Shown: one piece after another, positions 38,043 to 45,081 of the stretch
Position numbering within the stretch: position 1 is the first letter of the stretch
Layout: each line of letters begins with the position of its first letter
Origin: Desulfovibrionaceae bacterium
GTDB taxonomy: Bacteria; Desulfobacterota; Desulfovibrionia; Desulfovibrionales; Desulfovibrionaceae
Assembly: GCA_030530085.1 (NCBI GenBank)
Contig: JAUMVQ010000001.1
Coordinates: 1 to 45,081 of the forward strand
Reading direction: 5' to 3'
DNA length: 45,081 nt
The notes under the pieces: model-generated
Databases searched by the model: none
Told to the model about the DNA's origin: nothing
What the model saw: only the letters and a program-made list of their open reading frames with translations
Made by a program: the position numbers and the translations under genes

Positions 38043-38848
38043 CTCCCCGCACAAGGCAGCTGAATGCGCTGGGCCTGAAATACCTGGTCACGCCTGAGGA
38101 GTGCCCATACTCCCCATGTGCAGTACGTAACAACAGCCCTGATGCAGTACGCCATGCAGCCAGATCAGTGGCACAGCCTGCCTCCGGGACCCGATTTACG
38201 CCTCCGCCACGCCCTGCCTGGAGCAGGGACGCACGATACGGGCAAAATGCAAGACAGCAGGTCCAGGCCCAGACTCAGGTACAGTCCCAGGTCCAGCCCT
38301 ATGGACAAATCCAGGGACAGAGCCGGGGACAAGTACAGGCCGGTGCAGGCACGTATGCTACAGCCCCTGCCGGCAATGCCCCTGTAATGAATGTTCCTGC
38401 CACTGACATTGCCTGGCCTGAGGACTGGCAGAAGCTCTTTGCCAGGACAAAGCCAGGGCGCATCTGCTGGACCTACACAGATCTGGGCTACGATCTCTCA
38501 GGCTATGCCAGCCCCGAGCGGCGAAAGTATCTGCAGGAACTTCTGGCCTTTATGCACCTGCCCAAGGGGAGCAGTACCTTCTGGCCAGTCGGACTTCCTA
38601 AAAAAGGCAGTGATGGCAGCATCACGCTCGACATCCGTCCCGATCTTTTCTGGGCCGGCATAAAGAGGCTTGGCGTGCGCTGCATTATCGTCCTTGGCGA
38701 TCAGGCTGCCGAAGAGACAGGCTGCCAAGGCAATCAGAGAAGCCACGGCTGCCTCATGGTAGTAACAGAGGATATAAACGATTTTGCAAGGGCAGAGGTC
38801 CTGTCCAAGGCAAAAATATTTATAAGGAACTGGCTGCAGCGCATATAA
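38024..38848 (+). CDS. Hypothetical protein with Gln-rich linker and C-terminal alpha/beta domain
   Basis: 274-aa ORF overlapping the coaBC end. Short N-terminal motif, disordered Q/G/A/P linker, then a folded C-terminal domain. Confidence 0.8.
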   Translation: MAFALLTPRTRQLNALGLKYLVTPEECPYSPCAVRNNSPDAVRHAARSVAQPASGTRFTPPPRPAWSRDARYGQNARQQVQAQTQVQSQVQPYGQIQGQSRGQVQAGAGTYATAPAGNAPVMNVPATDIAWPEDWQKLFARTKPGRICWTYTDLGYDLSGYASPERRKYLQELLAFMHLPKGSSTFWPVGLPKKGSDGSITLDIRPDLFWAGIKRLGVRCIIVLGDQAAEETGCQGNQRSHGCLMVVTEDINDFARAEVLSKAKIFIRNWLQRI

Positions 38849-38987
38849 AACGCACAAGCTGAAAGCAATCCTGCCCAACAAGGTCTTACGGCTGCGGCAA
38901 AAAAACGCCGCAGACACCATCCTTTTTTTGCCGGGAAAAACGCTTCCCCCTGCCTTTTCCGGCCATAACAAAACAGCAACCTGCCCT

Positions 38988-39314
38988 ATGTTTGCACTTC
39001 TCTTTATGTTTTTCGGCATAGCCTGCGGCTATTTTCTGCGCAACACAAAGGCTGCCGCCTTTTTCTGCCGCCTTGTCATGCCTTCCATACTGGCACTGCT
39101 ATTCTGCATGGGCGTCCTCATCGGCAACAACGAGGCCATTATGAACAATCTGGACACCCTGGGGCTGCAGGGGCTCATGCTGGCCGTTGCCACCATGACA
39201 GGCAGCTGCCTTGCCGTATCGCTTATTGTGCGCCTCTTTTTCAAAAACGGCACAGCCGGCAGCAACGAAAAGGAATCCGCTTCTCCTGAGAACAGGCAAC
39301 AGGGCAATATATGA
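38988..39314 (+). CDS. LysO family transporter, N-terminal module (DUF340)
   Basis: GIACGY...LLFCMGVLIG.N...NL..LG pattern. Overlaps the next gene (ATGA...TGA). Confidence 0.8.
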   Translation: MFALLFMFFGIACGYFLRNTKAAAFFCRLVMPSILALLFCMGVLIGNNEAIMNNLDTLGLQGLMLAVATMTGSCLAVSLIVRLFFKNGTAGSNEKESASPENRQQGNI

Positions 39315-39910
39315 AAACGAGCCTTATTATCCTTTTTTTCTTTCTTCTGGGCATTCTGGCAGCCTGGAGCGGGATTATGCCTTGTGGCATCGTCGATGAC
39401 GACGTAACGGTCTTCCTGCTCTATTTTCTCATGACCTGTGTTGGCATATCATTAGGGTGCGATTCGCGCCTGAGGGAAATCTTCGCCACGCTCAAGCCCA
39501 AAAACCTGCTTCTGCCCCTGGGCACGACCATAGGCACGTTTCTGGCATCGGCCCTTATATCCTTTGTCATCGCCCGCCCCATGAGCCATGCTCTTGCCTG
39601 TGGTGCAGGCTTTGCCTACTATTCTCTTTCATCCATCCTCATAAGCCAGCATGTAGGCAGCGAGCTTGGCACTGTAGGCCTTATTGCCAATGTCACAAGG
39701 GAAGCGCTTACCCTGCTGCTTGTCCCTGTTGCAGCCAGATTTATGCCGCCTGCTGCCGTTATCTCTCTTGGCGGGGCAACCACCATGGATACGACCCTGC
39801 CCATCCTTGTGCGCACTCTGGGCAAGGAATGGACCTTTGTAGCCGTTATTCACGCTGTTGTTCTTGATTTCAGCGTCCCGTTCTGGGTCACGCTCTTCTG
39901 TTCGCTCTAA
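39311..39910 (+). CDS. Lysine exporter LysO family protein, C-terminal module
   Basis: GFAYYSLSS, ANVTRE and GGATTMDTTLP motifs. Confidence 0.88.
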   Translation: MKTSLIILFFFLLGILAAWSGIMPCGIVDDDVTVFLLYFLMTCVGISLGCDSRLREIFATLKPKNLLLPLGTTIGTFLASALISFVIARPMSHALACGAGFAYYSLSSILISQHVGSELGTVGLIANVTREALTLLLVPVAARFMPPAAVISLGGATTMDTTLPILVRTLGKEWTFVAVIHAVVLDFSVPFWVTLFCSL

Positions 39911-39946
39911 AAAAACGTACTGCCGCCATCTGTACAGGGAGGCCAC

Positions 39947-40660
39947 ATGCCATCGCGATTCCGTTCCCAGAAAAAAGAACTGCAAGCAACCCTTCTGCAA
40001 TCACCCTCATGGCGTGATTCCTTAGAAGCCGTCGCCAATAGCGGCAGCACGGCTGTAGGCCCGCTTATGGGATTTCTGACGTGCGAGCCTCTTCAAAGGC
40101 TCAGGGCTGCCATTGCCCTTGGCTATGTCACGGCCGCAATCTTTGAAAGCAGGCCCGAGGCTGCCCGTGATGTGGTGCGCCGCTTGAGCTGGCGCCTCTC
40201 AGAGGAGTCCGGAAACATAGGCTGGGGCGTCCCCGAGGCCTTTGGCGAGATACTCTCCCGCACGCCCAGGCTGGCAAAGGAGTTCTACAAGATTTTTCTC
40301 TCCACGCTGCTGGATCTGGGCTTTGACGACAACTATGTTGACAACGACGTCCTGCGCCGCTCCTGTTATTTTGCCATAGGGCGCTTTCTTAAGGCCTGTC
40401 CCCAGTATGCGCAGGAAGCAAGGCCTCTTCTGCGCAGGGGGCTTGATGACGTGGATCTGCCCTGCCGCGGCTATGCAGCCTGGGCTTTAAGCATGCTGGC
40501 ACCTGACTTAAACGATATGCCTGCCCTGCGCCGCCTGGCAGAATCACAGACGGGTGTTTTGTGCGAGCTTACAGACGGCGACAGCCTTGAATGCCTGTCC
40601 CCAGAACAGATTGCAGCTGACTGCATCCACGGCATACGCCACATGGAGCGCAAGGAATAA
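39947..40660 (+). CDS. DVU0298-family HEAT-repeat protein
   Basis: RRLSWRLSEESGNIGWGVPEAFGEI signature and helical repeats. GGGAGG SD. Confidence 0.8.
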   Translation: MPSRFRSQKKELQATLLQSPSWRDSLEAVANSGSTAVGPLMGFLTCEPLQRLRAAIALGYVTAAIFESRPEAARDVVRRLSWRLSEESGNIGWGVPEAFGEILSRTPRLAKEFYKIFLSTLLDLGFDDNYVDNDVLRRSCYFAIGRFLKACPQYAQEARPLLRRGLDDVDLPCRGYAAWALSMLAPDLNDMPALRRLAESQTGVLCELTDGDSLECLSPEQIAADCIHGIRHMERKE

Positions 40661-40675
40661 GCGCAGACGTTACCC

Positions 40676-40718
40676 TATAAGGCTGGATATAAGGCAGGAT
40701 ACAGACAGAATACTGCCT
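40676..40718. repeat. Degenerate 12-bp tandem repeat with overlapping hairpin between convergent genes
   Basis: TATAAGGCTGGA TATAAGGCAGGA TACAGACAGAA. AGGCAG (40692-40697) pairs with CTGCCT (40713-40718). Confidence 0.4.
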
Positions 40719-40725
40719 GGAAATA

Positions 40726-41883
40726 TCAGATAGCGGCCTCAAGCAGCAGATTGTCCCTGTGTATTACCTCAGGATACTGGGCATCCCCCAGGATGGCAGC
40801 CACCTCTATGCGCTTGAGGCCCTTTATGCGCTCTATGTCGGCTGACTTGTAGTTGGAGACACCGACACCAAGGCTCTTGCCCTTATACACAATGCGGATC
40901 AGATCGCCTTTCTTAAAGGTGCCCTTAACGTCCAGGATGCCGCCGGGCAAAAGGCTTTTGCCATTTTTGAGCAGTGCTTCGGCACAGCCGTCGTCCACCT
41001 CTACCATGCCCACAGGGGCAGATTTGTAGGCAAGCCAGAATTTGCGGCTTGATATGGCATGCTTGCCGGGCCTCACCCAGGTGCCCACATCCTCGCCGTC
41101 AAAGGCCCTGAGCAGAACATCGTGCTCCCTTCCCGGCAGAATCAGCGTAGGCACGCCCCTCTGGGCTGCACGCCTGGCAGAGAGCAGCTTGGAATACATT
41201 CCGCCTGTGCCCACTGTCGTCTTGCCGCCGCACATGGCATCAAGGTCAAGCGTTGCCACATTCTCTACAACGGGCATGATTTCAGGCTTTTCATCTGCCT
41301 TGGGGGGCTTTGCATAGACGCCTGGGGCAGAGGTCAGGTTTATCATGAGATCTGCGCCCACCAGGGTCACCATAAGGCTTGCCAGGGCGTCGTTGTCACC
41401 GAATTTAAGGCCTTCCGTGGACACGGTGTCGTTTTCATTGACGATGGGGACAACGCCCCAGTCAAAAAGGTTGCTGAAAGTATTCCTGGCATTCAAAAGA
41501 CGCTGGCGCACCCTGAAGTCATCCTGGGTCAGCAGGACCTGTGCCGTATTGATGCCTACCTTATGAAAGGCCTCGTCCCAGGCCTGCATCAGGCGGCCCT
41601 GGCCCACAGCGGCAGCGCCCTGGCGGGAGGCAAGATCCTTGGCAGGAGTTATGTCTGATCTGGAAAGCACGCTGCGGCCTGCAGCAACGGCGCCTGAACT
41701 CACCAGAAGAATCTTGCGCACTGACTGGCTCTTTGTGAGTATCACTGTCATCTGGTAGGCCAGATCATCAAGGACATTGCTGTCCAGGCCGTCGGGTCCT
41801 GTCAGTACGGCACTGCCCATTTTGATAACCAGGCATCTGGCCTCTGCCAGAACCTTTTCCCGCTCCTGCTTCCAGTCGGACAT
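40726..41883 (-). CDS. proB: Glutamate 5-kinase (with PUA domain)
   Basis: VIKMGS, VSSGAV, NENDTV, FGDND and GTGGMYSK motifs. Start at 41883 with GGAGG SD. Confidence 0.96.
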   Translation of the reverse strand: MSDWKQEREKVLAEARCLVIKMGSAVLTGPDGLDSNVLDDLAYQMTVILTKSQSVRKILLVSSGAVAAGRSVLSRSDITPAKDLASRQGAAAVGQGRLMQAWDEAFHKVGINTAQVLLTQDDFRVRQRLLNARNTFSNLFDWGVVPIVNENDTVSTEGLKFGDNDALASLMVTLVGADLMINLTSAPGVYAKPPKADEKPEIMPVVENVATLDLDAMCGGKTTVGTGGMYSKLLSARRAAQRGVPTLILPGREHDVLLRAFDGEDVGTWVRPGKHAISSRKFWLAYKSAPVGMVEVDDGCAEALLKNGKSLLPGGILDVKGTFKKGDLIRIVYKGKSLGVGVSNYKSADIERIKGLKRIEVAAILGDAQYPEVIHRDNLLLEAAI

Positions 41884-41932
41884 AAATCCCTCCGCGTATG
41901 GCATAAATATCTGCAAAGAGGACTAAAGCTTT

Positions 41933-43131
<1,199 letters not shown>

Positions 43132-43153
43132 AAGAAACTTGTAAAAGCTTTTT

Positions 43154-43426
43154 TTATTCGGCAACAGCCACGTCAACATGGACACGTGTAAGAGTACGAC
43201 GTTTGCGCTGATAGTGCTCGTAGCGAACTTTGCCGGGCTTCGTGGCAAACAGGGTGAAGTCCCTGCCCATGCCTACGTTTTCACCGGGGAAAATGCGGGT
43301 GCCAACCTGACGGACAAGAATATTGCCGGGGATGACGTCCTGGCCGCCAAAAACTTTGACGCCGCGACGCTGTCCGGCACTATCACGACCGTTGCGGGAT
43401 GAACCGCCTGCCTTCTTATGAGCCAT
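43154..43426 (-). CDS. rpmA: 50S ribosomal protein L27
   Basis: [17 protein letters not shown]-terminus. Confidence 0.98.
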   Translation of the reverse strand: MAHKKAGGSSRNGRDSAGQRRGVKVFGGQDVIPGNILVRQVGTRIFPGENVGMGRDFTLFATKPGKVRYEHYQRKRRTLTRVHVDVAVAE

Positions 43427-43484
43427 GATAATCTCCCAAAGCAGAATTAAATCTTGCTGAAATTCTCTTATTTACAACTGGCGA

Positions 43485-43793
43485 TTAGCAGCTGATGCTC
43501 TTGATTTTCAGCGTGGTGTAGTCCTGACGATGTCCGCGCAGTTTGCGGGAATCGTTACGACGCCAGCGCTTGAACACCAGCACCTTGGGGGCGCGGGCCT
43601 GCGCAACAACTTCAGCGGTCACGGAGGCGTCTTTTACGAACGGAGCACCGATCTTCAGTTCACCACCGCCAACCATGAGGACTTCATTAAGAGTCACTTC
43701 CGTTCCGGCTTCAGCTACAAGCTTTTCCACACGGATCTGGGAGCCTTCTTCGATGCAGTACTGTTTGCCGCCGGTTTTGATGATTGCGTACAT
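43485..43793 (-). CDS. rplU: 50S ribosomal protein L21
   Basis: MYAIIKTGGKQY...GHRQ. True start is ATG 43793 with GGAGG SD. Confidence 0.98.
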   Translation of the reverse strand: MYAIIKTGGKQYCIEEGSQIRVEKLVAEAGTEVTLNEVLMVGGGELKIGAPFVKDASVTAEVVAQARAPKVLVFKRWRRNDSRKLRGHRQDYTTLKIKSISC

Positions 43794-43924
43794 TATATTG
43801 TGTACCTCCAAAAAGGGAATGCTTTTCTTGCCCGAAGAACAGAATATTGTCAAGCATGCTGACAAAACCGCTTTTCGGGTGCCGTAGGGAGCAAGTCCCT
43901 TGACCAGCGTTTTTAAGCGTGAGA

Positions 43925-43953
43925 AACGTACTTGATAATGCCGGCATTGACAA
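43925..43953 (-). promoter_or_regulatory. Putative sigma70 promoter for rplU-rpmA
   Basis: Minus strand reads TTGTCA-N17-TACGTT. Confidence 0.5.
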
Positions 43954-44119
43954 GTATTTTCTGACGAAAATTTGCTTTTGGAACAGTTTATTTCTCTTTT
44001 TCGCCAGAACAAGCGTACAAAACGCCTGCTTTTTTTGGCACAAGGACAGCAGGACCGAGCCATTGCCTCGCACCCTCTGCCTCCTGCCTGGCTGCTTCAC
44101 ATCATATAAGGATACGCCA

Positions 44120-45081
44120 TTGACACTGACACTTGACATAACGGGACTTAGCAATGACGGACGGGGCATTGCCAGAAGAGCAGGCGAAAAGATCGTCTTT
44201 GTATCCCATGCCCTGCCAGGTGAAACTGTCACAGCCAGCATAACCTGCGAAAAGAAGGCCTTCATTGAGGCTTGTGCCACAGAGGTTATAAGGCCGGCAG
44301 AAAATGCGGCTGAGGCAGTCTGCCCACATGCCGGGGAATGCGGCGGCTGCCCCCTCATGCGCATGAGCTACAAGGATCAGCTCTTCTGGAAACAGCGCTT
44401 TGTATATGATGCCCTGGCAAGGACAGGGGGCATTGCCTCCCCGGCAGTACACGACATTGTCCCGTCCCCTCTTACAGAGGGCTTCCGCAACAGGGTGGAA
44501 CTGGCCTTCGCAAAGGACAGCGAGGGGAATATCCGTCTTGGCATGCGGCGCAGGACAACGCATTCAGTCATACCCACGCCGCATTGTGCGCTGATGACTG
44601 ACACGGCAAGAGATGTCTTAAGGACAGTGGAAGACTGCCTGAAAAAGAGCGGCCTTTCCGTATACAAAGGACCTGCCAGCACAGGCAGAAAAAAAATGGC
44701 GCCAAGGGAGACAGATTCTTCGCGGGGGTATCTTCGCTTCTGCCAGATCCGCACCGGACGCATACCAGATGCCGCCAGCCTTGCCTCCTGCGATGCCATC
44801 CCTGAAAAAGAAGGCATCTGGGTGATCCTCCTGACAAGCCCCGGAACGGCTGCTGAAAATACATGCCTTCGTTCTGCTGCAGAACACATCCTTGAGGCCA
44901 GCCCCGCAGTACATGCCGTTGTCCATGAACAGAGGGCAGGCAGCGACATGCTGACAGCAGGCGAAAAAAGGCTTTTTGTCCTGGGAAGGCCGGGAAGCGC
45001 CGCAAATCCCTCCTGGATGCTCATGCCTCTGGACAATAAGGGCTATCTCATCGACTGTGCCGACTTTTTCCAGGTCAATAC
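44120..45081 (+). CDS. rlmD: 23S rRNA (uracil-5)-methyltransferase RlmD/TrmA family, partial (runs off window end)
   Basis: Hand translation from TTG 44120 (AAGGA SD) gives a TRAM-like start (G.GIAR...FV..ALPGE), the Fe-S motif CPHAGECGGC and FRNRVE. The window ends in frame at DFFQVN. Confidence 0.85.
   Translation, partial: MTLTLDITGLSNDGRGIARRAGEKIVFVSHALPGETVTASITCEKKAFIEACATEVIRPAENAAEAVCPHAGECGGCPLMRMSYKDQLFWKQRFVYDALARTGGIASPAVHDIVPSPLTEGFRNRVELAFAKDSEGNIRLGMRRRTTHSVIPTPHCALMTDTARDVLRTVEDCLKKSGLSVYKGPASTGRKKMAPRETDSSRGYLRFCQIRTGRIPDAASLASCDAIPEKEGIWVILLTSPGTAAENTCLRSAAEHILEASPAVHAVVHEQRAGSDMLTAGEKRLFVLGRPGSAANPSWMLMPLDNKGYLIDCADFFQVN

Noticed and set aside
43877-43945. TPP-riboswitch-like words (GGGTGC, CGTAGGGA, GATAATGC)
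   Set aside because: The elements are in the wrong order, CTGAGA is missing, and no thiamine gene lies downstream.
43794-44063. N-terminal extension of L21 in the ORF track (similar extensions for coaX, obgE, proB and the lipoprotein)
   Set aside because: The family N-termini begin at internal ATGs, most with clear SD sequences. The extensions run over promoter or intergenic DNA.

Overview
This 45-kb window is mostly core chromosome from a Desulfovibrionaceae-like sulfate reducer, inferred from the cobA-hemD fusion, nrfHA and a DVU0298-family gene. Housekeeping blocks are purN(partial)/cobA-hemD/pepA, hemW, thiL/uvrD, a surface-glycan cluster (KdnB-like oxidase, DegT aminotransferase, two cytidylyltransferases, WbaP, O-antigen ligase), folD/eno/coaX, mreBCD-mrdA-rodA, nrfHA, gap, queA, coaBC, a split lysO pair, proB/obgE/rpmA/rplU and a partial rlmD. 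I found no tRNA, rRNA, CRISPR array, integrase or transposase. The only accessory region is an islet at about 29.2-33.4 kb between nrfA and gap, AT-rich up to about 32.3 kb. It holds a WYL-domain regulator followed by two tandem paralogous coiled-coil proteins. One (313 aa) has an 85-residue uncharged Gly/Ala hairpin. The other (230 aa) is in frame and 52-70% identical over its aligned blocks, but has lost both hydrophobic segments. A perfect palindrome precedes the pair, a terminator-like hairpin separates them, and an orphan gene converges on them. My best candidate for an undescribed system is a WYL-controlled membrane effector plus a paralogue-derived soluble partner or inhibitor, possibly for anti-phage or DNA-damage defence. 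That function is inferred, not shown.
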